Part shown: in pieces, positions 11,448 to 22,678 of the stretch
Position numbering within the stretch: the first letter of the stretch is position 1
Layout of the letters: each line of letters starts with the position of its first letter
Source of the DNA: Bdellovibrionota bacterium
GTDB taxonomy: Bacteria; Bdellovibrionota_C; UBA2361; CAKMMH01
Direction: 5' to 3'
NCBI GenBank assembly: GCA_050952645.1
Contig: JBMNLI010000010.1
Coordinates: forward strand, 1 to 64,000
DNA length: 64,000 bases
Program-made: the position numbers and the translations under genes
Notes under the pieces: model-generated
Databases searched by the model: none
The model's input: only the letters and a program-made list of their open reading frames with translations
What the model was told of the DNA's origin: nothing

Positions 11448-11519
11448 CTGGCCGAGTAGGATTCGAACCTACGAATGCTAGAATCAGAATCTAGAGCCTT
11501 ACCACTTGGCGACCGGCCA
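11448..11519 (-). tRNA. tRNA-Gln (CTG), CCA not encoded
   Basis: TGGCCGG acceptor stem, CTAGA-TTCTGAT-TCTAG anticodon arm, GTTCGAATC T-loop. Confidence 0.93.
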
Positions 11520-11583
11520 ATAAACATTAAAATAAAACAACCGTTCTAATTTTCGTATAATTTAAAGCTATGCTTCCCTCAAA

Positions 11584-12318
11584 TTAAACGATTTTTTCTA
11601 ATATTACATTACCACGAGCATCTTTCTTAAGGACATTATTATTAATATCATTTTTACTAGCATTTTTACTAGCATTGCTACTATTACCATTACTATCGCT
11701 AGTTTTACACTCGATAATAAGCCTGTCATCCTTAATGCCGATTTTGCTTATATTATAAAACGCTTTCCTAGCCTTGGGGTATTGTGCATAAATCTTTCTT
11801 AAATTAACGCCTTTAAAATTCTTAATATTTAATTTTTTTTCCTTATCTGCAAAAACTAAGCTATTTATTTTAAAATCTATCACATTCGGTCTTTGACTAT
11901 TAAATATTAACGAGCCATTTACTTTCCCATTTAAAAATCTTCCCTTAAATTTTTTAGGAGACGAATTAACGCTATCTAAAGGCACTGAAAACTCAATATC
12001 AAAATTAGAATCTTTTATATTTGCATACACCCACTTAGTAAGCGTTATATCTTTATCTACATTTCTTATTAAAACATTAACATCCTCACCTACTAAAGCA
12101 TACTCTTTACAAGTTCCACTTTCAAGCGATTTAACGAAATTTGAAAACTCACGCCTTTTTTCTAACAACTCCTTACTAGACATCGACATCTTAGTTATTT
12201 TAATAGGCGTTTCTTGCGTATTAGGTAAAAGAAAATCTATAAACTTATTAAACTGGTAGTAACTAAGTACTAAAAACGTAATTATTAAAAAGAATATAAA
12301 CCATAAAAATTTTTTCAT
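11584..12318 (-). CDS. Hypothetical N-terminally membrane-anchored protein
   Basis: 244 aa with N-terminal hydrophobic helix; last gene of the msbA-lpxK run. Confidence 0.7.
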   Translation of the reverse strand: MKKFLWFIFFLIITFLVLSYYQFNKFIDFLLPNTQETPIKITKMSMSSKELLEKRREFSNFVKSLESGTCKEYALVGEDVNVLIRNVDKDITLTKWVYANIKDSNFDIEFSVPLDSVNSSPKKFKGRFLNGKVNGSLIFNSQRPNVIDFKINSLVFADKEKKLNIKNFKGVNLRKIYAQYPKARKAFYNISKIGIKDDRLIIECKTSDSNGNSSNASKNASKNDINNNVLKKDARGNVILEKIV

Positions 12319-12364
12319 ACTGTAAATTTCCGCCTGTAAATTCCCATCTTACAAAAATTATTTT

Positions 12365-13549
12365 CTATAAACAATTTAAAAAATCATTTTCTATATCATC
12401 GCTATTAACTTCACTGTCATTAACTTCACTGTCGTTAACTTCATCGCCATTAACTTTATTGCTATCTCTAAAAGCGATGCTTATTTTAGCAAAAAAAATC
12501 CTTTCTTGCCACTTTCTATTAAGCTTAACGAAATCTTTCTCTGTGCAAACTACAAAAGCATTCTTTTCTTTAGCCTCGTTATATATCTGCTCTAATTTTT
12601 CTTCTTTAATCTCTCTATGATCTAAAAAAACGTAATTTTTTATTATCTTAAACCCAAAATACTCTAAAGAATAAAAAAAATTCACAGGTTTTGAAATAGC
12701 ACAAAACACTACGATGTTCTTTTCTATATCGACATTCTTAAAATTACTATCGTATATAGAAAGCTTATAAACGAAACTTTCAAAAACTCTTAAATTTTTA
12801 GGAATTAAATTTTTTATCTTTTTTATATCCTCCTTTACATTATCCTCCCTTATAGCACCCTCCCTTACATCAAAATCGCTCTCTACTACTGGGGCTCTAT
12901 GATTTAAAACTACTAGCGTAGTTCTTCTTAGTGCTTGATAAATGCTTTCTCTTAAAAACCCCTTAGGTAAAAGCTCATTTAACAAAAAATCTCTCCTAGC
13001 TTTTTTACTACCTACATCTACACACAAAATATTTGTATTTCTATAAATAGCACGATGCTGCATCGCATCATCTAAAATTATAGTATCTATGTTTTTATAA
13101 TTATCTCTTAAATACCTTACCCCTTTAACTCTTTTAGGCGAAACTACTACTTTGCATTTTAAATTATTATTAACAGATAAATTATTAGCAGACGAATTAC
13201 TAGTAGATGGATTACTAGAATTTAAATTCCTATAAAGCATATAAGGCTCATCGCCTACTAGCCTTGGGCTATCGTTTTCTAACACTTCATAAACACCTTT
13301 TTTTATTTTAGACTTATAACCTCTAGAAACTATCGCAACATTTTTGCCTTGCGAAATTAACCTCCTAGCTATAAGTTCTACTAACGGCGTTTTTCCACTT
13401 CCTCCAACTGATACATTGCCAACGCTAATAATATTTAAATCATCGAACTTCCAAACTTTAAAAATACCCTTATCGTATAAAAAATTTCTTACCGATGTTA
13501 TAAAAAAATATATATGCTCAAATGGTGTTAATAAAAATTTCAAATTCAA
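12365..13549 (-). CDS. lpxK: Tetraacyldisaccharide 4'-kinase
   Basis: SVGNVSVGGSGKTP, SRGY, GDEP, LDDAMQH, CTEKDFVK. Confidence 0.96.
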   Translation of the reverse strand: MNLKFLLTPFEHIYFFITSVRNFLYDKGIFKVWKFDDLNIISVGNVSVGGSGKTPLVELIARRLISQGKNVAIVSRGYKSKIKKGVYEVLENDSPRLVGDEPYMLYRNLNSSNPSTSNSSANNLSVNNNLKCKVVVSPKRVKGVRYLRDNYKNIDTIILDDAMQHRAIYRNTNILCVDVGSKKARRDFLLNELLPKGFLRESIYQALRRTTLVVLNHRAPVVESDFDVREGAIREDNVKEDIKKIKNLIPKNLRVFESFVYKLSIYDSNFKNVDIEKNIVVFCAISKPVNFFYSLEYFGFKIIKNYVFLDHREIKEEKLEQIYNEAKEKNAFVVCTEKDFVKLNRKWQERIFFAKISIAFRDSNKVNGDEVNDSEVNDSEVNSDDIENDFLNCL

Positions 13550-13606
13550 CTCTCTTATTATTTTCCTTTTTACTTATTATATTCCCTTTCTCTTAATTAT
13601 CTTCCC

Positions 13607-14854
13607 TTAACTAATCTCTTTTAAAATAATATCCGTCGCTCCACACAAACTTCTAGCATACTGCATAGCCTTTTGTCCTTTCTCTTTTAAAAGCTCTGGG
13701 ACATTTAATAAAACTACTAGTATCGCATCTAAATCCTCCTCTTTTCTAACTATCGAGACGTATTCATGCACTAATAAATTGTTTATTATTTCTTCATAAT
13801 TTTGGTAATGCTCGCCTAGAAAAACGTACGCCCCGTAAACGAAAGCCTCTAAAGGGTTATGCCCTCCTATATTTTCAATACTTCCTCCTATAAAAACTAG
13901 TTTAGAAAAAGAAAAAGTTTTATCGAGTTCTCCATACGTATCTAAAAAAACTACATTTGCACCTCTCTTTCCGCCTTTATTTTCCGTCCAATTAACGAAA
14001 TTAAAACCATACTCTTTTAATTTATTCTCAAAATAAGAAAATTTTTCTTTATGGCGAGGCGCTACGATCAACCCAACATCTTCATTATTATCTAAAAGTG
14101 TCTTTAATGTAGGAAACAAAAACGCTTCTTCTTTAGGTCTAATACTAGCAAGAGTAATAACCTTATTTATTTTTTCATCTGGAAAATACTTTTTAAAAAT
14201 TTCTAAAGCCTCAAACGGGCTTTTAACTTTTAACGTCGTTTCATACTTTGAATTTCCTGCAACTAATAGCTTTTTATCATCAACCGCAAGAGTTTTAAAG
14301 TATTCATAATCTTTATTAGTTTGAACTAATATTTTTTTAAAACTATTTAATAGCGGAGTTATCACAAAAGAAAATTTCCTATATTTTTTTATAGTCATAT
14401 CTGAGATTCTTGCATTTATAAGATATAACTCTACGCCTTTTTTTGAAAAATACTTTATAAATATAGGCCAGATTTCCGTTTCAGTAATAATTATCTTTTT
14501 TGCGTTAAACTTTCTAGAAATTAACTTATAAAAAAGCGTGCAATCAAACGGAAGAAGACGACACTCAGAAGCTACATCTTTTCCTATATCTAACCCAGAA
14601 ACCGAAGTTGCAGTAAGTAAAACTTTAACGCCCTTATTTTTTTCTTTATACTTTTTTATAACTGGCAATATCCCCTTAATCTCTCCTAGCGATGCTCCGT
14701 GAAACCAAACGTAATCTCCCTTTTCTATATTCCAAAACCCGAATCTTTCAAGAATTTTTTTTCTTCCTCTTTTTCTGCATAAGAAAAAAGGAATTAGAAT
14801 AAAAGATAAAAAAAATGTAGTTATGTCGTATAATACTAAAAAAACCTTATCCAT
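13607..14854 (-). CDS. waaA: Kdo transferase
   Basis: WFHGASLGE, ETEIWP, NARIS, APRH, GGHNPLE. Confidence 0.96.
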   Translation of the reverse strand: MDKVFLVLYDITTFFLSFILIPFFLCRKRGRKKILERFGFWNIEKGDYVWFHGASLGEIKGILPVIKKYKEKNKGVKVLLTATSVSGLDIGKDVASECRLLPFDCTLFYKLISRKFNAKKIIITETEIWPIFIKYFSKKGVELYLINARISDMTIKKYRKFSFVITPLLNSFKKILVQTNKDYEYFKTLAVDDKKLLVAGNSKYETTLKVKSPFEALEIFKKYFPDEKINKVITLASIRPKEEAFLFPTLKTLLDNNEDVGLIVAPRHKEKFSYFENKLKEYGFNFVNWTENKGGKRGANVVFLDTYGELDKTFSFSKLVFIGGSIENIGGHNPLEAFVYGAYVFLGEHYQNYEEIINNLLVHEYVSIVRKEEDLDAILVVLLNVPELLKEKGQKAMQYARSLCGATDIILKEIS

Positions 14855-14855
14855 T

Positions 14856-15527
14856 CTACTTAACTTTTAAACACTCCTTTTTAGCCACATTGCAAGTTTT
14901 ATTTAACTCAAATTCAAGCTCTTTTCTAGCTTCTTCTCTTTCTTCATCGTTTAAATTTTCTTTTACCGTTATATATTTTCCTACGACGAACGCTCCTTTA
15001 GTAAATGGTTTTGCTAAAAACATTTTGTCCCAACTTCCAAACACCCATTTGTCCTTAAAATCCACAGCAATAGGAATTATAGGGGTCTTTGATAGAGAGG
15101 CGAGAACTACCGCACCAGTTTTTGCCGTTTCTTTTGGACCTTTTGGCCCGTCGGGCGTAATTACAGCGATAGTTTTTTCGTTTTCTAATTTTTTAAGTAA
15201 GCTTTTACTCGCTCCTTTAGCATTTCTACTTGAAGAACCCGCAACTGAGTCCATTTTGTAATACTTTATAACGTTTGCGATAATTCTACCGTCATTATAT
15301 CTACTAATAAGCACCGTAGCTTTTGAGCGAGTTGGCTTTAAAACGTACTTTGTAGCTATCGGAGCCATTAAAAGTAAATTCGAGTGCCAGAAAGTTGCAA
15401 CTGCTCTCGATGGAATTTTTTCTTTATCATCTAAATAAACTACATTCCATTTTATAGTTTTATAAATAAGATAAGTGAGAATAAATCCTAAAAACCCTGG
15501 GATATGAATTTTAAAAAATTTTTTCAT
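14856..15527 (-). CDS. DUF374 lysophospholipid acyltransferase family protein
   Basis: FWH, ISRYNDG, GSSSR, ITPDGPKGP, SWDKM..PF. Confidence 0.9.
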   Translation of the reverse strand: MKKFFKIHIPGFLGFILTYLIYKTIKWNVVYLDDKEKIPSRAVATFWHSNLLLMAPIATKYVLKPTRSKATVLISRYNDGRIIANVIKYYKMDSVAGSSSRNAKGASKSLLKKLENEKTIAVITPDGPKGPKETAKTGAVVLASLSKTPIIPIAVDFKDKWVFGSWDKMFLAKPFTKGAFVVGKYITVKENLNDEEREEARKELEFELNKTCNVAKKECLKVK

Positions 15528-15697
15528 ACTTAAATTTTTTATCTTAAATTTTTTATCTTAAATTTTTTATACTTTTACTTTTTACGCTTTAGTTATTATT
15601 ACGAGCATTGTTATTGCAATATTATTATTACTAGTATTGCTTTTGCTGTATCGCTTTTATAGCATCGCTACTTTCTATATTGCTACTTACTATATCG

Positions 15698-17452
15698 CTA
15701 CTTATCTTCCTTAAACTGTAAATCATAAAGTTTCTTATATTCACCATTTAAGGATAAAAGCTTTTCATGAGTTCCCATTTCAACTATGCTACCCGATTTC
15801 ATAACGACTATGCAATCTGAATTTAAAATCGTTGATAACCTATGCGCAATCACGAGACACGTTCTATTACTTGCTAATTTCTCTAATGCCTCTTGCACCT
15901 CTCTTTCCGATTGGTTATCTAGTGAAGCGGTAGCCTCATCTAAAATTAAAATTGGAGCATTTTTTAAAATAGCCCTAGCTATGGAAATCCTTTGCCTCTC
16001 TCCTCCAGATAAAGCGTGCCCAGACTCTCCTACTATGGAATCAAATTTATTAGGAAGTTTATTTATAAAATCATAAGCAAAAGCCGTCTTAGCAGCACTA
16101 TAGACATCTTCCCTAGTAGCTTCTAAATTGCCATAAGAAATATTGTTATATACAGTATCATTAAAAAGAAATGTGTGTTGGCTTACCATAGCAATTTTTG
16201 AACGTAAATCCTTCAATGTTAAATCCTTAACATTAACGCCACCTATTTTAACTGTGCCACTTTGTGGATCTATAAACCTTGGAAGCAGATCGACTAATGT
16301 CGATTTTCCAGCTCCAGAAAGCCCGACGAGTGCATATCTTTGCCCCTCTTTTATAGATAAATTTATATCTCTAAGAGCAAAATCATCATTCTCTACATTA
16401 TAAGAAAAAGACACGTTTTTAAATAAAATATCATTAGACTTAGGAAGCTTAAGAGGCGTTTCTGGGTCTACTATCTTAGGCGTTTCATCTAAGATTTCAA
16501 AAATTCTATCTGCTCCAGTTAATCCTTGTTGAATATTCGTGCTAAGTTTACTTAATTTTTTAAAAGGCTCATACATTAGTAGCACCGATGTTATAAAAGC
16601 GATAAATTCCCCTTGGCTTTTTAAGCCATGAATAACGCTATAACCTCCATACCAAATCACGCCTGCAATAGCGGCACTTGCTAAAATCTCATTAAGTGGC
16701 CCCGTTATAGCTTTTCTTTGTTCCGACTTTATAAACTCTTTATTTACTATATTATTGTTTTCTGCAAATCTATTTTTCTCAAATTCTTCCCTTGAAAAAA
16801 TTTTTATAACCTTATTTCCTATAATACTTTCAGTAAGCATTGCAGTTAGAGCGCCGACCCCATCTTGTCCTTTTTTACTATGTTTCCTAACGTTTCTTCC
16901 TATTTTATATACTGGGAACACTGCAAGTGGAAATACTAAAGAAGCGACTATTCCTAGAAATGGATCTAAATAAATCGCCGCACTCATTAAGGATATAAGT
17001 CTTATAGTATCGCCTAAAAGAGATGAAAAAGAGTCTGTAAGAAGCGTTCTTAGAAGCGTCACGTCGCTTGTTATCCTGCTTAGCAAATCTCCAGATTTTT
17101 TCACGATAAAATAACCTGGCGAAAACTCTAAAAGCTTATTATTTATTTCAGCACGCAAATCACGAATAATATTATACCCAGCGGCAGCCATTAAATATTT
17201 TTGCAAAAAGTCCATAAGACCTCTAAACGAAGCAAAAACTATTAAAACGATTGGAAGAATATATAAAACCTCCCTGTTTTTACTTGCGAAAACCTCATCT
17301 AGAATATATTTAATAATAAAAGGAAGTGCCCCTTCGGTTGCGCCATAAATAATCATTGTGACCATGCCACCTATAAAGAGTGCCCTATATGGTTTTAAAT
17401 ATTTTAAAAGCCTTATGAAAATTTGAGGATTTTGACTGTTAATATTTTTCAT
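15698..17452 (-). CDS. msbA: Lipid A flippase ABC transporter
   Basis: TMD plus NBD (GLSGAGKST, LSGGERQR, ILDEAT); linked to waaA/lpxK. Confidence 0.9.
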   Translation of the reverse strand: MKNINSQNPQIFIRLLKYLKPYRALFIGGMVTMIIYGATEGALPFIIKYILDEVFASKNREVLYILPIVLIVFASFRGLMDFLQKYLMAAAGYNIIRDLRAEINNKLLEFSPGYFIVKKSGDLLSRITSDVTLLRTLLTDSFSSLLGDTIRLISLMSAAIYLDPFLGIVASLVFPLAVFPVYKIGRNVRKHSKKGQDGVGALTAMLTESIIGNKVIKIFSREEFEKNRFAENNNIVNKEFIKSEQRKAITGPLNEILASAAIAGVIWYGGYSVIHGLKSQGEFIAFITSVLLMYEPFKKLSKLSTNIQQGLTGADRIFEILDETPKIVDPETPLKLPKSNDILFKNVSFSYNVENDDFALRDINLSIKEGQRYALVGLSGAGKSTLVDLLPRFIDPQSGTVKIGGVNVKDLTLKDLRSKIAMVSQHTFLFNDTVYNNISYGNLEATREDVYSAAKTAFAYDFINKLPNKFDSIVGESGHALSGGERQRISIARAILKNAPILILDEATASLDNQSEREVQEALEKLASNRTCLVIAHRLSTILNSDCIVVMKSGSIVEMGTHEKLLSLNGEYKKLYDLQFKEDK

Positions 17453-17657
17453 TGATAATTATAAATTGATAATAATAAATAGATAAAAATTTAAAAAAAC
17501 TTTCCTAAAGCCCTTTAAAAAATAAACTTAAAAAAACAAAATTTAATAATAAAAAACTTTAAAAAACAAAACGAAAATAACTAAATAATTTTAACATATT
17601 ATTTTTATAAGATAAAGATTAAGAATTAGGCTAAGCCAAGGTGGAAAACAATAAACA

Positions 17658-18659
17658 TCACCTAAAATACCCATAAAAATTATACCAGCATTTAGGGTTT
17701 TCTAGTAAATTTTTTTCTAAAAATTTAGTATACTGTTCTACCGCATATTTTAAATCATCACTTAGAGGATTACTAAACTCTATCTCCTCTAACAAAACTT
17801 TATAAGTATTACTTCTACAAGGCAAAACTAATATCGCAAACACTAAATGCTTCATTCTTTTAGCAAACTCAAATGTTCCCTTTGGGAAACTACAACTCCT
17901 ACCTAAAAGTTTTCCAGTTATAACCTTATCAGGACTCTTAGCCGACACTCTATCTCCTGCCATAAGTAAAATATCTCCCGCTAACAATCTTTCATACAGC
18001 GTCATTATAATTTCAAAATCTAATCTCTTAGTAGAATATAACTTAAACGCTTTATTTATAGCTCTTTTTTTAATAAACTTATGAAAAATACTATCTTCAT
18101 TTATCTCCATTAAAGCATGAAGCGAGCCTACAAATTTATCCTCACCATTATCCTCACCATTATCTTCGCCATTATCCTCGCCATTATTCCTATCTTTAAA
18201 AGCACTAAATACCTCAACATTGCCTAAATGAGACGAAATAAGAAATACCCCCTTCTTACTATTTAAATTCTTATTAAACTTCCTATAACTTTCATTTTCC
18301 ACAACTTTAAATTTAATGCTCGAGTTCTTATTACATATAGCATCCATCTTGTCCGCAAGAGAAAAGGCATAACTTAAAATATGCTTAAATGATGAAAATT
18401 TCTTTACCCTTATATTATGATTTTTACAATAATCATATAAAACTTTTCTATACTCTTTTGAAGCCACTCTTGCTGGCTTTGCAAACATTGTAATTACTAA
18501 AACTATCGGATATAAAATAATCTTTAAACCCCTAAGGTCTCCTAATTTATACACGAGCCATAAAAACTCTAGCCTTAAAACTCCAGCAGCTCGCTCAGGG
18601 ATTTTATACCACTTATCCATTCTTAAATTATTATTTAAATTGTTTTTTGTTTTACTCAT
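17658..18659 (-). CDS. LpxL/LpxP-family acyltransferase (equivalent to the acyltransferase half of APE ApeJ-type fusions)
   Basis: SHLGNVE, MAGDRVS, FPKG, WYNFY motifs; overlaps end of the MMPL gene. Confidence 0.8.
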   Translation of the reverse strand: MSKTKNNLNNNLRMDKWYKIPERAAGVLRLEFLWLVYKLGDLRGLKIILYPIVLVITMFAKPARVASKEYRKVLYDYCKNHNIRVKKFSSFKHILSYAFSLADKMDAICNKNSSIKFKVVENESYRKFNKNLNSKKGVFLISSHLGNVEVFSAFKDRNNGEDNGEDNGEDNGEDKFVGSLHALMEINEDSIFHKFIKKRAINKAFKLYSTKRLDFEIIMTLYERLLAGDILLMAGDRVSAKSPDKVITGKLLGRSCSFPKGTFEFAKRMKHLVFAILVLPCRSNTYKVLLEEIEFSNPLSDDLKYAVEQYTKFLEKNLLENPKCWYNFYGYFR

Positions 18660-20838
18660 TTCTTATAATAAATAACGAAAATAAATACGATATCATTAAC
18701 CCTAATGCAATAGTCATTCCCATAATAGATATTATCCTAAAGCTTGCAAACGATAGAAGCCCGAAACCTACAAAGCTACTTAAAAACGCATATAATATCG
18801 ACTTTAAATTTTGATTCTTTTTTATACTTAAGTGAAAAATAGTGCAATCTATACTAAGCCCTAAAATTATAAAAAAACTCATTAAATGAAAAAAAGTAAT
18901 ATACCCTAACATGATATTAAAAAATGATGCTAGCGAAAAAATAGAAACCATTGATGGAAGCAGATATAAGAAAGCTCTTTTTCCATAAAATAAAAAAATC
19001 ATACAAGCTAAAACTATCATACTATAAAAAAGAGATATATAAGTTTCCTTTGCACACTTATTAAGCGCTTCTTGAAGCATAAAGGTAGGCGAAAACAAAA
19101 CTGCATTTTTAGGTAAATTTTTTATCTCAAAAGAAACAGGGATTACCTCTAAAATCTCTTTATCTTCTATTATAAATCGATTATATAACTCACTAAACGA
19201 TTTTAAAAAATCATCTTTCAAAATGAAATTAGCTTCTTTTTCTAACTCTAATTTATTTTTTAAACCAAGCTCATTTCTTATATTCTCTTTTTCTCTATCG
19301 TATAATTTTTCAATAAGTCTAAAATTTTCTTTTTGCCTTTTTAAAGATGGAAAAATTGAGGCTAAACCAAAGAAATTATTTTTGTCTTTTGCATCTATAT
19401 TTATATTATTATTTTTATTATTTATATTATTATTTATATTTTCTCTTATCTTCTCTTCAGTTTCTAATACATCTTGCAAACTTTCTCCCTTTATTACTAA
19501 AAACCTACTCTTTGAAGCATCGTTTAATGAATAAAAAAGTTTATCTGCTTTTTCTAACTTTTTATCTGCTACATAAAAACTAGTTAAATCATTCTTTATA
19601 CTTATATTATAAGTTCCAACTACTATAAATGACAAAAACAGTGTCGTAATAATAGCCTTTGTTTTTTTATTAAAAGGCATAACATAAAACTTTACGCTAG
19701 TTGCTTTAAATACATTTTTAGATAGACACACTACATAAAAAAACGTTCCAAAAAGTCCAAAGATAGTAAAAACTGCGACTTGTTTTAAAAGCGGAATAGA
19801 TAAAAACAATAGTGGCGTAAAACAAAATATAGTAGTTAAAAATGATTGAAAAAGTGCTCTCTTTACTTCCTTTTCACTTCCCGTGTTAGAGGAAAACATC
19901 TTGTGAAACGTGTAATCTATACATATTCCTATTAGCGATGAACCAAACACGAAACTAAGTATATGTATCTCATCAAAAAATATTATAAGCCCTAAAAGCG
20001 CCACTAAAAAACCTACCGATAAATTAAGTGCTACTACAAAAAGTGCTCTATAATCACTAAATAATGTTTTAGTTAATATTATAAGAAAAACTATCGAACA
20101 CATAGAAAGGAGCGATATTTCAAACTTACTTTTATTATACATCGATAACGTATGGAGTGGGACGCCTTGAAAATAAAATTTTGATTTTAAATTTAGCTTA
20201 TTATAAATTTCTTTAATCTTGTTTACTTGTAAATTAAGATTATCTATATTTTTAGCATCGACACTAATATTCATCATTACGTATCTGTTCCCATCTAACT
20301 CTTGCCATAAAACTCCATCTCTTTCTTGCCACTTCGTAGGAATTAAAAACCTTGACATATACCTATTAAGCAAAGAAAAAGGGTCTAACGATGCATCAAA
20401 GGCAAGGGGTGAGAAAGTAGTGCTTATAAACTCAACGCTCTTATTTACTATACTTTGAGTATTATTATTTATTATATCTTCTCTATCTTCCTTTAATAAA
20501 AATACATGCCTATATTTTTTTACATACTCTAGCCCCCTATCTAAAAGGTCGCAAGGCATTTTATAAGTAATATTTTTAAAATCTTCCTTTAATAAATTTT
20601 CGTAAAACGAGTCTGCATCTTTTTTTATTACATCAAAATCTTTCCCTTCGATTAAAACGTTTACGCTAGATGAAAATTTATCTTGTATCGCATTTGAAAT
20701 TTCCTTATCTACACTTAAAGGAAGAAGCTCCGTAAAAGATGAGTTTAACTTTATCGGATATCTAACGAATAGAGAAATAGCAAACACTATAACTAGTAGT
20801 ATTAAAAAAACGATTTGCTTAACACTTAATTTCATCAT
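18652..20838 (-). CDS. MMPL/RND-like exporter (ApeM-like)
   Basis: Two TM bundles; FGSSLIGICIDY, LGLSIDC, FGLLSFAS; cluster context. Confidence 0.88.
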   Translation of the reverse strand: MMKLSVKQIVFLILLVIVFAISLFVRYPIKLNSSFTELLPLSVDKEISNAIQDKFSSSVNVLIEGKDFDVIKKDADSFYENLLKEDFKNITYKMPCDLLDRGLEYVKKYRHVFLLKEDREDIINNNTQSIVNKSVEFISTTFSPLAFDASLDPFSLLNRYMSRFLIPTKWQERDGVLWQELDGNRYVMMNISVDAKNIDNLNLQVNKIKEIYNKLNLKSKFYFQGVPLHTLSMYNKSKFEISLLSMCSIVFLIILTKTLFSDYRALFVVALNLSVGFLVALLGLIIFFDEIHILSFVFGSSLIGICIDYTFHKMFSSNTGSEKEVKRALFQSFLTTIFCFTPLLFLSIPLLKQVAVFTIFGLFGTFFYVVCLSKNVFKATSVKFYVMPFNKKTKAIITTLFLSFIVVGTYNISIKNDLTSFYVADKKLEKADKLFYSLNDASKSRFLVIKGESLQDVLETEEKIRENINNNINNKNNNINIDAKDKNNFFGLASIFPSLKRQKENFRLIEKLYDREKENIRNELGLKNKLELEKEANFILKDDFLKSFSELYNRFIIEDKEILEVIPVSFEIKNLPKNAVLFSPTFMLQEALNKCAKETYISLFYSMIVLACMIFLFYGKRAFLYLLPSMVSIFSLASFFNIMLGYITFFHLMSFFIILGLSIDCTIFHLSIKKNQNLKSILYAFLSSFVGFGLLSFASFRIISIMGMTIALGLMISYLFSLFIIRNE

Positions 20839-21430
20839 TTAGCATAACCTTTGCATCATAAAACTTTAAAGTTATAGATATTCCATTTTCATAATTAACA
20901 TTTATACTTTCAATTTTCTTTTCATCACCTACTACCTTAATTTGACTAATAAACTTTTTCATCTTGTTAGCATTAGGAATAAGCGTAAGTGCCCAAGAGC
21001 TAGGCACTTTCTTTTCAGTATAATTTACACTAAAAGCCCTATGTAGCATTTCATAATCTTTTAAAAGGATATTATCGATAAGACTTGAGATCTCAGAAAA
21101 ATACGGCAAATCTTTTAAAAGTGCATTTTTTTCTTCTACAGTGCCATCTTTAGTTATAACTTTCGAGCAATAACGTGTTTTTGTAGATATAAAAATAATG
21201 TTTCTAGGGCTTTGTTCTTTCCAAATAAAACCTTTATTTTTAATAAATTTTACTACGCCACTACTTTTAAATTCTCTTTCTAAATTAGGAACTTTCTTTA
21301 TAGTTTCAAACTCTTTATTAACTACCGTTAGGTTATCTATAAATTTTAAAAATTTGCACTCATTCTCGGTTGAAGATGCGTTAAGGGAAACTGAAAATAA
21401 ACTTATAATAAATAATAATAACTTTGCCAT
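20819..21430 (-). CDS. LolA-like periplasmic carrier (ApeL-like)
   Basis: Signal peptide; KSSG..F....GFIW..QSP and WALTLIP patterns; context. Confidence 0.8.
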   Translation of the reverse strand: MAKLLLFIISLFSVSLNASSTENECKFLKFIDNLTVVNKEFETIKKVPNLEREFKSSGVVKFIKNKGFIWKEQSPRNIIFISTKTRYCSKVITKDGTVEEKNALLKDLPYFSEISSLIDNILLKDYEMLHRAFSVNYTEKKVPSSWALTLIPNANKMKKFISQIKVVGDEKKIESINVNYENGISITLKFYDAKVMLNDEIKC

Positions 21431-21451
21431 TTTACAACCTAAAAAAATCTT

Positions 21452-21844
21452 CTAAACTAGTTTTTGAACGACCTCTTTTGGCACTTCAAATAGACTCTCT
21501 TTTGTTTTCATACAGACGCACATCTGCCTTGTTTCTGCTTTACATTTTAACTCACCATTTTCTTTATTTCTTATTTCATACTTAAAAACGACCATATTTT
21601 CATAAGAAACTAAATTTACTAAAACCATAATATCTTCATCAAATACACAAGGCTTTATATATTTTAACTTTAATTCAACTATTGGAAACGCATATCCTAA
21701 ATCGTCCATATCGGCATAAGTCATCTTCTTAGTAGATAAAAAAGCACACCTTGCTTCCTCTAAATATTTTACGTAGTTTCCATGCCAAACTACCTGCATA
21801 GGGTCTACATCATAAAAAGGTATTCTTTTTTCATAAGTAAACAT
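21452..21844 (-). CDS. Acyl-CoA/ACP thioesterase, hotdog fold (ApeK-like)
   Basis: PFYDVDPMQVVWHGNYVKYLEEAR. Confidence 0.92.
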   Translation of the reverse strand: MFTYEKRIPFYDVDPMQVVWHGNYVKYLEEARCAFLSTKKMTYADMDDLGYAFPIVELKLKYIKPCVFDEDIMVLVNLVSYENMVVFKYEIRNKENGELKCKAETRQMCVCMKTKESLFEVPKEVVQKLV

Positions 21845-21875
21845 TTTTATTTTTCCTTTTTTTTTATTTTTTCTA

Positions 21876-22640
21876 TTATCTTAAATCATTTTTACTTAAA
21901 AATCTTTCATATAAATTTTCATATACCAATTTATATACCAATTTATATATCGCATAAAAACATAGCATCGTATGTAAAAAAGTAATTTCTATATTATCCT
22001 TTAACATATTAAAATGCGAAACTCCATCTTTAGGATATACAACTTTCGTTTCTAAATTTATTATGCTAACTCTATTTATCCTCGCTTTAACTATTATCTC
22101 TATATCAAAACCCATACGCTTAAATCTTATCTCTTTTAAGATCTTTTCTATCTCTTTTAATGGATACACTCTAAAACCACACATCGCATCTTTTATATCT
22201 TTACTTAGAGTTTCAATGCGAACCCAAAAATTAGTGATTTTTCTTCCATATAGTCTAGATTTCGGAACGGTTTTATCGTATTTAGGATATCCATTTATAA
22301 GTGAACTTGGATTTTCTTTTGAAAAAGCCACAAATTTAGGAATATCTAAAAAATTATGTTGTCCATCAGCATCTATTTGTAAAACATGCGTAAAGCCGTT
22401 ATTTATAGAATATTTCACCCCCTCTAAAAAAGCACTTCCCTTACCACTATTTTTTAAAAGCTCTAAGTAATGAAAATCATAACTCTTACAAATTTCCTTT
22501 ACCTTTTTAGTTTCATCTTTACTGCTTTCATCATTAACTACTAACACAGGAAAATTAAGCGCAACAATATCTTTTGCCATTTTTGAAAACTCGTGTGCAT
22601 GATTATAAAAAGGTATAAGTATAATTAACTTGTAGCTCAT
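21876..22640 (-). CDS. Glycosyltransferase family 2 (ApeJ GT-like)
   Basis: IPFYNH, GKG, QIDADGQH, DAMCGFRVYP, RMGFDIE, GVSHF. Confidence 0.92.
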   Translation of the reverse strand: MSYKLIILIPFYNHAHEFSKMAKDIVALNFPVLVVNDESSKDETKKVKEICKSYDFHYLELLKNSGKGSAFLEGVKYSINNGFTHVLQIDADGQHNFLDIPKFVAFSKENPSSLINGYPKYDKTVPKSRLYGRKITNFWVRIETLSKDIKDAMCGFRVYPLKEIEKILKEIRFKRMGFDIEIIVKARINRVSIINLETKVVYPKDGVSHFNMLKDNIEITFLHTMLCFYAIYKLVYKLVYENLYERFLSKNDLR

Positions 22641-22678
22641 AATTTTATTTTATTTTATTTTTCTATGTTTTAAAATTT